Shown here in pieces: positions 1 to 7,656 of a stretch of DNA of 64,000 bases. The DNA comes from an uncultured Gemmatimonadales bacterium. Its GTDB lineage: Bacteria; Gemmatimonadota; Gemmatimonadetes; Longimicrobiales; Gaopeijiaceae. The first letter of the stretch is position 1, and each line of letters begins with the position of its first letter. The position numbers and the translations under genes were made by a program. The notes under the pieces were generated by a model. It was not told the origin of the DNA, did not search any database, and saw nothing but the letters and a program-made list of their open reading frames with translations. Where the stretch lies: assembly GCA_963823035.1 (NCBI GenBank), contig CAWGKG010000018.1:416001-480000 (forward strand), in the 5' to 3' direction.

Positions 1-510
1 GACGCGCTCCGGCGCGCGGGCGTGCCGAAGCTGGTGATGCTCACCGGCGACGACGAGGCGACGGCCCGGGCCATCGCCGACGAGGTGGGCGTGGACGACG
101 TGTACGCGGAGCTGCTCCCCGACGACAAGAGCCGGGTGCTGGAGGAGTTGCGGCGACGTCACGGCCCGGTCGCCATGGTGGGAGACGGCGTCAACGACGC
201 GCCCGCGCTCGCAGCCGCCGACGTGGGCATCGCCCTGGGCGCCGCGGGCACGGACGTGGCCCTGGAGACGGCGGACGTGGTCGTCATGGGGGAGGACCTC
301 GACGGCCTCGCGCACGCCGTCGACCTGTCGAGGCGCGCCCGCACCATCGTGCGTCAGAACCTCGCGTTCGCGGTCTCGGTGATGGTGGTGCTGGTCATCC
401 TCGCGCTGGGCGGTTGGATCGGGCTGACCGCCGGGGTGGTCGGGCACGAGGGCAGCACCGTCGTGGTGGTGTTCAACGGCCTCCGGCTCCTGCGGGCCCG
501 TGCGGTCTGA
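1..510 (+). CDS. Heavy-metal P1B-type ATPase, C-terminal part (5' truncated by window edge); P1B-4-like
   Basis: MLTGD, GDGVNDAPALA hinge motif, and HEGST in the last TM segment (P1B-4 signature). Confidence 0.9.
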   Translation, partial: DALRRAGVPKLVMLTGDDEATARAIADEVGVDDVYAELLPDDKSRVLEELRRRHGPVAMVGDGVNDAPALAAADVGIALGAAGTDVALETADVVVMGEDLDGLAHAVDLSRRARTIVRQNLAFAVSVMVVLVILALGGWIGLTAGVVGHEGSTVVVVFNGLRLLRARAV

Positions 511-547
511 CGTGGGTGCGGTGTCGTGGGCCCTGATGGAACCGGGG

Positions 548-1105
548 TCAGCGGTCCAGGAGGGGCTGCAGCTCCACCGCGCCGAGGAGCGTCGTGAATC
601 GGTCGGCCGTGGCGGCCGAGAGGGCCGCGACCGCCCGCACACCCGCATCGAGCGCGGCGCGGGGGATCCTCAGCTTGAAACGAACCTCCGAGGTGGCGGA
701 GCCCGGATCCGCGACCGGGTCGTCCAAGCGGAGCCGCAGCGTGATCGGCGTGCGGTAGCCGTCGGGGAGGTGCGCGTGCGCCACGGCGCCGAGCGTGCGC
801 AGAGCGCCGCCGACGTCTCCGAGCTCCGCGAGCACGCGTCCGTCCAGCACGAGCGCCAGGTTTCCGCTCAGGCCGCCCGACGTCTCGTCGAGGTAGACGT
901 CCACGCTGGCCCACTCGGGGCCCTCCCCACGATGGAAGAAGAGGTAGGCGCTGCGGGTGGAGTCGCCCGCCCACTTCCCCTCGAACTGGTGGCTCGTGGT
1001 CTTCTGCAGGCCGGAGAGGTGCCATCCCGACGCCTCCACGCCGTCACGCACCGCGTCGATGAGGGGCTCCAGGGTGAGGATGGGATCCGCGGGATCGGAG
1101 TTCAC
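548..1105 (-). CDS. Hypothetical protein (185 aa)
   Basis: Only ORF here with protein-like composition; fills the gap between the ATPase and the Fur-family gene. Confidence 0.7.
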   Translation of the reverse strand: MNSDPADPILTLEPLIDAVRDGVEASGWHLSGLQKTTSHQFEGKWAGDSTRSAYLFFHRGEGPEWASVDVYLDETSGGLSGNLALVLDGRVLAELGDVGGALRTLGAVAHAHLPDGYRTPITLRLRLDDPVADPGSATSEVRFKLRIPRAALDAGVRAVAALSAATADRFTTLLGAVELQPLLDR

Positions 1106-1138
1106 GTGCCGGACCGTTCCTGGGGAAGATCAGCGGAA

Positions 1139-1152
1139 TTAGGTTGGCCTAA
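1139..1152. promoter_or_regulatory. DtxR/MntR(SirR)-like operator TTAGGTTGGCCTAA
   Basis: TTAGG-N4-CCTAA dyad in an AT-rich intergenic island; 12/14 match to the TTAGGTTAACCTAA SirR/MntR box. Confidence 0.55.
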
Positions 1153-1158
1153 ATTTTG

Positions 1159-1186
1159 TTGACACGAGTCGGCCAAAGCCTATATT
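1159..1186 (+). promoter_or_regulatory. Sigma70-type promoter of the perR-like gene
   Basis: TTGACA (1159-1164), 16 bp, TATATT (1181-1186). Confidence 0.65.
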
Positions 1187-1243
1187 TTTCATACAATTGT
1201 ACCTCCGAGCGACCGCTCGGAGGTCGGAGGTTCGATCGCAAAG

Positions 1244-1699
1244 ATGACCATGCACGCCGAAGCCACCGAGCACGCACTGCGCCAGGCCCTGGAGGCGAGC
1301 GGCCAGCGCTTCACGGAACAGCGGGCCGCCGTCTTCCGCTTCCTGTCCGCGACGGACGTGCACCCGTCCGCCGACGAGGTCTTCCTGGCGGTTCGTCGGA
1401 ACCTACCGGGCATCTCGCTGGCGACCGTCTACAAGAGCCTCGAAACCCTCGTCGGATGCGGGTTGGCCGTCAAGCTCACCTACAGTGACGGATCGGCACG
1501 CTACGACGGGCGCACCGACCCGCACAACCACGCGCGCTGCCTGGCCTGCGGGAAGGTCATCGACATTCCCGGCAGCATTCCCGAGGACCAGCTGCAGGCG
1601 CTGCGCCGTCGTACGGACGGGTTCCTGGTCACGGGGTATCGCCTGGAGCTTTCCGGCTACTGCCCCTCCTGCGCTCCCGGGGAGGTCGTCACTGCCTGA
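1244..1699 (+). CDS. perR: Fur-family transcriptional regulator, PerR-like
   Basis: HPSADEV, SLATVYKSL, RYD...HNH, CLAC...KVID, CPSC: the PerR H/D/H/H/D ligand set plus two CxxC. Confidence 0.8.
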   Translation: MTMHAEATEHALRQALEASGQRFTEQRAAVFRFLSATDVHPSADEVFLAVRRNLPGISLATVYKSLETLVGCGLAVKLTYSDGSARYDGRTDPHNHARCLACGKVIDIPGSIPEDQLQALRRRTDGFLVTGYRLELSGYCPSCAPGEVVTA

Positions 1700-1722
1700 G
1701 CGCCGTGCCGCCGGTCGAGGGC

Positions 1723-1762
1723 AAGGCGCCCCGGAGCCCCCCGCAGGGTTCCGGGGCGCCTT
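1723..1762 (+). terminator. GC-rich stem-loop after the perR-like gene
   Basis: aaggcgccccgga...tccggggcgcctt inverted repeat; weak U-tract. Confidence 0.45.
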
Positions 1763-1790
1763 CCGTTCCGACGCCTCCGCCCGACGGTCC

Positions 1791-3263
1791 ATGTCGGGCG
1801 CCTCCGGACCCATCCGCATCCGGCCCGCGGCGGTGGCCCGACCCGACGACGGGGACGACCTCGTCCTCCTCGTGCGATGGGCCGCCGAGCGCGGCATCCC
1901 CCTGTTCCCCCGCGGCGCCGGCACGGGGATGCCCGGGGGCAACGTGGGGCCCGGCGTGTGCGTGGACCTGTCCGCCTGGCGCGCCATCGGACCCGTGGAC
2001 GTCGAGCGCCGCACGGTCGTGGTCGGGCCGGGCGCGGTCGCGGCGGAGGTGGACGCGGCGGCGCGCGTGCACGACCTCCACCTCCCCGCGCTCCCCTCGT
2101 CCGCGGACCGATGCACGCTCGGCGGGATGGTCGCCAACAACGCCGCCGGTGCGCGCTCGTTCCGTCACGGGTCCATCCGCGCCTGGGTCGAGGCGCTCGA
2201 CGTGGTCCTCTCGGACGGCTCCCGACCCACGCTCGCACGCGGGGACGGTACCTCGGCCTCGCCGTCGGCCATCGAGGCCGCGCGCCGTGCCGCCATCGAA
2301 GCGCTCGGACCCGATGCCGGCGCCTGGCCACGGGTGCGTAAGAACGCTTCGGGGTACGCCCTGGACCACTTCCTCCCCGCGGGGAACGCGGTGGACCTCC
2401 TCGTCGGCAGCGAGGGGACGCTCGGCTTCGTGACCTCGGTGCGCCTGGGCCTCCTCCCGCTCCCCGCCGAGCAGGCGCTCCTCCTCCTGACCCTTCCCGA
2501 CCTCGACGCGCTTTCGCCGGCCGTCCGCGCGGCGAACGACGCGGGCGCGTCGGCCTGCGAGTTCTTCGCGCGCCGCTTCCTCGACCTGGCAGGACTGCGT
2601 GACCGGACGGACCTCTCGCCGCACATCGCGGAGGCGCCGGCCCTCCTCCTGGTGGAAGTCGACGGGACGGCCGAGGAAGTGGCGGGGCGCGTCGCGTGCG
2701 TGCGGACCTTCGCGCGTCAGCTCGGCACGCCGATCCTGGAGGCGCGGGGCACCGACGAGCGCGCCCGGCTCTGGCGGATCCGGCACGCCGCGAGCCCGGT
2801 CGTGGCGGCCGCCGCGGAGGGCGGAAGGGTGTCGATGCAGTTCGTCGAAGATTCAGTCGTGCATTCCGACCACCTCGGAGCGTATCTTGGAGGTATGGAG
2901 ACACTGCTCACCCTTGAGGAGACGGACGCGGTGATGTTCGGTCACGCCGGCGACGGCAACGTGCATGTCAACCCGCTGATCGACGTTCGGCGGCGGGATT
3001 GGCGCGCGCGTGCCCGACGCATCCTGGAGGGGACGGTGGAGCTCGTGGCCGAGCTCCATGGCACCCTCTCCGGTGAGCACGGTGACGGCCGGATCCGGGC
3101 GCCCTTCCAGGAACGGATCTTCGGACCTTCGTTCGCCCGGGCGTTCAGGGCCGTGAAAGAGGCCCTGGACCCCCGGGCGATCCTCAACCCCGGCGTGCTC
3201 GTCGCGGCGCCCGGCCAGGACCCTCTCGCCGGTCTCTCCCCCGAGCCGAGGGTCGGTCGGTGA
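1791..3263 (+). CDS. FAD-binding oxidoreductase (GlcD/D-lactate dehydrogenase family)
   Basis: PRGAGTGMPG, TLGGMVANNAAG, GSEGTLG, GHAGDGNVH, SGEHGDG, LDPRAILNPG. Confidence 0.9.
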   Translation: MSGASGPIRIRPAAVARPDDGDDLVLLVRWAAERGIPLFPRGAGTGMPGGNVGPGVCVDLSAWRAIGPVDVERRTVVVGPGAVAAEVDAAARVHDLHLPALPSSADRCTLGGMVANNAAGARSFRHGSIRAWVEALDVVLSDGSRPTLARGDGTSASPSAIEAARRAAIEALGPDAGAWPRVRKNASGYALDHFLPAGNAVDLLVGSEGTLGFVTSVRLGLLPLPAEQALLLLTLPDLDALSPAVRAANDAGASACEFFARRFLDLAGLRDRTDLSPHIAEAPALLLVEVDGTAEEVAGRVACVRTFARQLGTPILEARGTDERARLWRIRHAASPVVAAAAEGGRVSMQFVEDSVVHSDHLGAYLGGMETLLTLEETDAVMFGHAGDGNVHVNPLIDVRRRDWRARARRILEGTVELVAELHGTLSGEHGDGRIRAPFQERIFGPSFARAFRAVKEALDPRAILNPGVLVAAPGQDPLAGLSPEPRVGR

Positions 3264-5014
3264 GGCGGCGCGCAACCCGGACGGCGATCCTCACGGCGAT
3301 CCTCGTCACCCTCGTCGCCGCCACCCCCGCGCTGCGCGGGGGATCCGAGATCGCGCGCCTCGAGGTGGCACTCACCTCCCTCCTGCACACCTATCGCTGG
3401 CGGAACGCCAGTTGGAGCGTCCTGGTCGTATCGCTCGATCGGGGCGACACCATCTTCGCGGTGAACGCGGACTCGTCGCGCGCGCCCGCTTCGAACATGA
3501 AGCTGCTCACGACGGCGGCGGCGCTCCGCGAGTTGGGACCGGACTTCCGCTTCCGGACCTTCGTCCTCTCGGACGGCAGGGTGCGGAGCGGCGTCCTGCA
3601 GGGGGACCTGGTCCTCTTCGGCACGGGCGATCCGGGCATCTCGGACCGCTTCTACTCGAGCCGTACCGCCGTCCTCGAGGAGCTCGCCGACCAGCTGCTC
3701 GCCCGCGGTATCCACGAGGTCGATGGGGACCTGGTCGGGGACGCCTCCTTCCTCCCCGGACCGCTCCGTCCGGCCGGATGGGATCCACGCGACCTCGACG
3801 ACCACTTCGCACCCGCCATCTCCGCCCTCTCCTTCAACGAGAATGTGGTCAGCCTCCGCGTCGAGGCCGGCCCCTGGGCGGGCGCCCGCCCGATCGTGCA
3901 CACCCTTCCCGACCACGCCGGGCTGACGCTGGACGACCGGGCCCGCACCACCGAGGGACGCGCGCGCCTCTTCATCGGCAGGGACGACCCGATGGCGCCG
4001 ATCGTCGTCCAGGGCGGGATCACCCGCGGAGGGCGGGACGTCTGGCGGCAGATGACGGTGTCCGATCCGGCGGCGTTCACGATCTCGGTCTTCCGCGCCG
4101 TCCTCGCGGATCGCGGCATCACCGTGCGTGGCGCGAACCGCGTCCAGGAGCGACCCGAGTCCTCGGTGGTGGGTGGGCGCTCGGTCACGGCACCCGCCGT
4201 CGCGGCGCAGGCGCGTACGCGCGTCCTGGCCACCCACGTGTCCCCACCCCTGCGCGACTACCTGGCGGTCGTCAACAAGAAGAGCAACAACCTCTTCGCG
4301 GAGCTGATCTTCCGCACGCTGGGCCGCATGAGCACCGGGGAGGGAACGCCCGAGGCGTCCAGTCGCCAGGTGGCGCGCAGTCTCGGCAGCCTCGGTGTGG
4401 ACCTCGACGGCGTCGTGCAGCTCGACGGCTGCGGGCTGTCGGCGGGGAACCGCGTCCGGCCCGGCACCTTCGTGAGCATCCTCTCGCGCATGGCCGACTC
4501 GGAGGACTGGGGCGAGTTCTGGCGGACGCTCCCCGAGGCCGGCAACCGGCGCGAGCTGGCGCGCATGTACCGGACGGCGGCGGCGGGAAACCTCCGCGCC
4601 AAGACGGGCACGATCGATGGCGTGTCGGCGCTCAGCGGCGTGGTGCAATCGTCCGACGGGGAGCGCCTGGCCTTCTCCATCCTCGTGAACGGCACGCCGT
4701 CCACCTCCGCCGCGAAGCGGGTGGAGAACGGGATCGGGGTGCGGTTGGCGTCCTTCACCCGCGGCGCGGACGCGATGCAGGGACTCTCCCTGGCGGAGCT
4801 CTCCGCTTCGGCACCCGCCGCCGAGAGCGAGGGACCCGTCCGCCATCACGTGACGCGCGGCGAGTCCATGGACGGGATCGCGCGGCGCTACGGCATCGCC
4901 CTGGAGGATCTCCTGCGCGCGAACCCGTCCGTAGAGCCTCGTCGGCTTCGGGCGGGCGCCTGGCTCGAGATCCCGGAGGCGCCGGAGCGCTCCGGCGCCT
5001 CCGGAGGGCCGTAG
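3260..5014 (+). CDS. dacB: D-Ala-D-Ala carboxypeptidase/endopeptidase (PBP4, peptidase S13) with C-terminal LysM
   Basis: Signal peptide; PASNMK (SxxK), KSNN (SxN), AKTGT; C-terminal HHVTRGESMDGIARRYG...NP...LRAG LysM. Confidence 0.9.
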   Translation: MRRRATRTAILTAILVTLVAATPALRGGSEIARLEVALTSLLHTYRWRNASWSVLVVSLDRGDTIFAVNADSSRAPASNMKLLTTAAALRELGPDFRFRTFVLSDGRVRSGVLQGDLVLFGTGDPGISDRFYSSRTAVLEELADQLLARGIHEVDGDLVGDASFLPGPLRPAGWDPRDLDDHFAPAISALSFNENVVSLRVEAGPWAGARPIVHTLPDHAGLTLDDRARTTEGRARLFIGRDDPMAPIVVQGGITRGGRDVWRQMTVSDPAAFTISVFRAVLADRGITVRGANRVQERPESSVVGGRSVTAPAVAAQARTRVLATHVSPPLRDYLAVVNKKSNNLFAELIFRTLGRMSTGEGTPEASSRQVARSLGSLGVDLDGVVQLDGCGLSAGNRVRPGTFVSILSRMADSEDWGEFWRTLPEAGNRRELARMYRTAAAGNLRAKTGTIDGVSALSGVVQSSDGERLAFSILVNGTPSTSAAKRVENGIGVRLASFTRGADAMQGLSLAELSASAPAAESEGPVRHHVTRGESMDGIARRYGIALEDLLRANPSVEPRRLRAGAWLEIPEAPERSGASGGP

Positions 5015-5015
5015 C

Positions 5016-6168
5016 TCACACCCCGTCGAGGATCCGCACGACCTCGGCCATCTCCTCCACGGTGTTGTAGAAGTGCGGGGCGAGCCGAAGCGCCTCCCTC
5101 CCGCACCGACGCGATCACGTCCGCGTCCCGTAGCGCCGTCGCCGCGGCCTCCACGTCACCGACCTCCACCGTGAAGATCCCGGCCCGCCTGGCCGGGTCG
5201 AGGGGCGTGCGCGCCCGTGCATCGGGGCGCGCGGCGACCCACGCGAGGAGCGGCGCCTGGACATCCCGGATGTGCTCCTCGACCGACGCCGGTCCCATCT
5301 CCAGGAAGAGCTCGATCGAGCGGGCCATGCCCAGGTAGTCCTGGAGCGCGAGCGTGGCCAACTCGAACTTGCGGGCGTCCTCCAACCACGTCATCCCGTA
5401 CGAGAGCCCCTCCTCGAAACGGGTACCGCCTTTCATCGACAGCCACCCCACCATCGGCGGATCGAATCGATTCTGGAGATCGTGGCGGACGTAGGTGAAG
5501 CCCGAGCCCCACGGGGAGCACAGCCATTTCTGGCCCCCGCACGAGAGGACATCCACGCCACAGCGGGCCGCGTCGAGGGGAACGGCACCGAGGGCCTGGA
5601 TCGCGTCGACGCAGAACAGCACCCCGTTCGCCCCGCAAGACGCCCCCAGAGCCTCCAGGTCGGCCCTGTAGCCGCTGACGTACTGGACCGCGGAGAGAGC
5701 CAGGGCTCGCACGTCCTCGCGCCCCAGGCGGGCAAGGAGGGCCTCCTCGTCGGGCCACCCCCGGCCGTCGGTCTCCACGAGCTCCACGCGGAAGCCACGG
5801 GCCTCCAGCGGCTTCCAGGGGAGGACGTTGGCCGGGAACTCGCCCTGGCTGGTCAGGATGGTGCCCGGCGGTCCCGATCCCACGAGGGCGGCGGCGAGGT
5901 TGACGCCGAACGAGGTGTTCGGGGAGAGCGCGATCTCGGCGGGCGTCACGCCGATGAGGCGGGCCGCCGCGTCCCGGCAGCGGCGCTGGATCGGCCCGAA
6001 GTCCTCGTCCCTGAAGCCGCCCGCCCGGTTGCGGCGCAGCGTCAGCTCGGCCGCTTCGTCGGCGGCGCTGCGCGGAACCAGCCCCCAGGAAGCGGCGTTC
6101 AGGAAGATGGTCCGGTCCCGGTCGGCATATTCCCGGTTCCGGACGCGCGCCACCGCGTCTCGGCTCAA
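5016..6168 (-). CDS. Class V PLP aminotransferase / cysteine-desulfurase-like; one-base frameshift near 5095
   Basis: IFLNAASWG, VDAIQALG, GGQKWLCSP; C-terminus RLAPHFYNTVEE continues in a shifted frame to TGA at 5016. Confidence 0.85.
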
Positions 6169-6181
6169 GCCCTCGACCGCT

Positions 6182-6436
6182 TCAGCTCGATACGGGCGTG
6201 CCGGAGCGGCCCCGTGCGGACCGCAAGCGGCGCCTCAGCTCGGACACGGACATCGTGTCGAGGGTACGCTGCGCGGTCCGTTCGCTGTTCCAGCGCACGT
6301 CGCTCAACGCCACCTCCTGGCCTTCGCCACTCGCGGGGCGGAGCACGAAGTAGTGGCGTCCCTTGTAGTCGGGCCCGCTCGCCGACCGGACCGCAGCGGT
6401 CCAGGTCGCACCTTCTCTGTCGCTGAACTCTCGCAT
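6182..6436 (-). CDS. Small hypothetical protein (84 aa, MREFSDREGATW...)
   Basis: Protein-like ORF between the AraC gene and the aminotransferase, same strand. Confidence 0.7.
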   Translation of the reverse strand: MREFSDREGATWTAAVRSASGPDYKGRHYFVLRPASGEGQEVALSDVRWNSERTAQRTLDTMSVSELRRRLRSARGRSGTPVSS

Positions 6437-6471
6437 CGGCCGTTTCATCTCAGGAGGCGGTGTGTCGGTGC

Positions 6472-7275
6472 TCAGGCCACCGAGAGGCCTTGCCCTCTCG
6501 CGGGTCGCATCCCGCACCGTGCGAGAAAGCGATCGAGGAGGAAGGGGAGCCCGCCTGCCTCGATGGTCTGGGTGGGGGTGGCGCCCACGTAGCTGCGCAG
6601 GGCCCTTCGGAACGCCGCTCCGCTGGAATAGTCGAGTTGTCGGGAAACGCTCTCCGCGCTCCGCCCGGGGTCCGTGAGCCACCGCGCGGCGTGCAGGAGG
6701 CGGGCCCAGACCATCAGGTGTCCGACGGATGGGAGCCCCGCCGCCTTCAGGCAGACGCTCAGATGTGGCTGGCTGAGTCCCGCGGTCCGCGCCAGACCTC
6801 CCGCGTTCCACCGATGCTGGACACCCTCCAACGACAACCGGAGGGCCTGGAGAGAGCGCGCCGGAAGATAGGGGCTCATCGCTCGGACAACCAGGGCTTC
6901 CGTTCCCATCGTCAGCGCCTTCGCGACGACCGCTTCGACGTCGTGCTCCAGGTCGTCCAGGCGCACGAGGATCAGTCCATCCACGCCCGCTCTTCCCAGC
7001 CCCAGGAGCGCGAAGGGGTCCATCTCGGGGCGGGCGATCAGGATCTGGGAGAGGCTCGGGAAGCTCGCCCGCAGCTCGGCGATGGCACCCGCGGCACCCG
7101 CAGAGTTCCGGAGGGCGGTCTCATCCAACAGGACACAGGTGACCGGACGCTCACGAATCAGGTGCAGGAGCCGGTCCCACCCCCCAGCCCGCGCGACGAC
7201 ATGACGCTCGTGGAGCGGGCGGCGAACGGCCCGTTCTACGTCCACATCACGTGTCAGAAGCGCGATAAACGGCAT
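6472..7275 (-). CDS. AraC-family regulator with N-terminal receiver-like domain
   Basis: C-terminal double HTH (LARTAGLSQPHLS...SAESVSRQLDYSSGAAFRRALRSYVGATPT); N-terminal CheY-like beta/alpha pattern with VLLD. Confidence 0.85.
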   Translation of the reverse strand: MPFIALLTRDVDVERAVRRPLHERHVVARAGGWDRLLHLIRERPVTCVLLDETALRNSAGAAGAIAELRASFPSLSQILIARPEMDPFALLGLGRAGVDGLILVRLDDLEHDVEAVVAKALTMGTEALVVRAMSPYLPARSLQALRLSLEGVQHRWNAGGLARTAGLSQPHLSVCLKAAGLPSVGHLMVWARLLHAARWLTDPGRSAESVSRQLDYSSGAAFRRALRSYVGATPTQTIEAGGLPFLLDRFLARCGMRPARGQGLSVA

Positions 7276-7311
7276 GATCTTCGAAAAAGATATACCCTGG
7301 TCGTAAAATGA

Positions 7312-7336
7312 TGCGACGCCCCAACGGGGCGTCGCA
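7312..7336. promoter_or_regulatory. Perfect 11-bp inverted repeat in the divergent AraC/peptide spacer
   Basis: tgcgacgcccc-aac-ggggcgtcgca flanked by A/T tracts. Confidence 0.6.
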
Positions 7337-7410
7337 GATTTTTCACATACGACAGTCGCAGTCCTCCCACCGCGTCGACTTCGGCACCTCACCCATCGGG
7401 GAACTCAGTC

Positions 7411-7650
7411 ATGAAGACCATCCGCCGCTCCCTCACGGTCCTGCTGCTCACCGTCGGCGCCGCCGCGTGTGGCGCTTCGTCCATCACCGCCCCCGATTGT
7501 GAGGATCCCGCAGGTTGCTGGGTGCAGCCCGGCACGGGCAACGTGCAGCCTGGCACCGGCAACGTGCAGCCCGGCACGGGCAACGTGCAGCCCGGTACCG
7601 GCAACGTGCAGCCCGGCACGGGCAACGTGCAGCCCGGCACCGGGAACTGA
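7411..7650 (+). CDS. Small exported lipoprotein/propeptide with 6x VQPGTGN C-terminal repeats
   Basis: Basic N-terminus, hydrophobic core, AAAC lipobox (Cys20); repeats vary only at synonymous positions; double stop TGA TAG. Confidence 0.85.
   Translation: MKTIRRSLTVLLLTVGAAACGASSITAPDCEDPAGCWVQPGTGNVQPGTGNVQPGTGNVQPGTGNVQPGTGNVQPGTGN
7522..7647 (+). repeat. Tandem repeat, 6 x 21 bp (gtgcagccYggYacSggSaac)
   Basis: Read directly; units 1, 3 and 5 are identical. Confidence 0.98.
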
Positions 7651-7656
7651 TAGCGA

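Noticed and set aside
7522..7647. 21-bp repeats as a CRISPR array
   Set aside because: Head-to-tail units with no unique spacers, in-frame coding with synonymous variation, no cas genes
7411..7650. RiPP biosynthetic gene cluster
   Set aside because: No radical SAM, YcaO, lanthionine synthetase, ATP-grasp or peptidase-containing ABC exporter nearby; kept only as a secondary hypothesis
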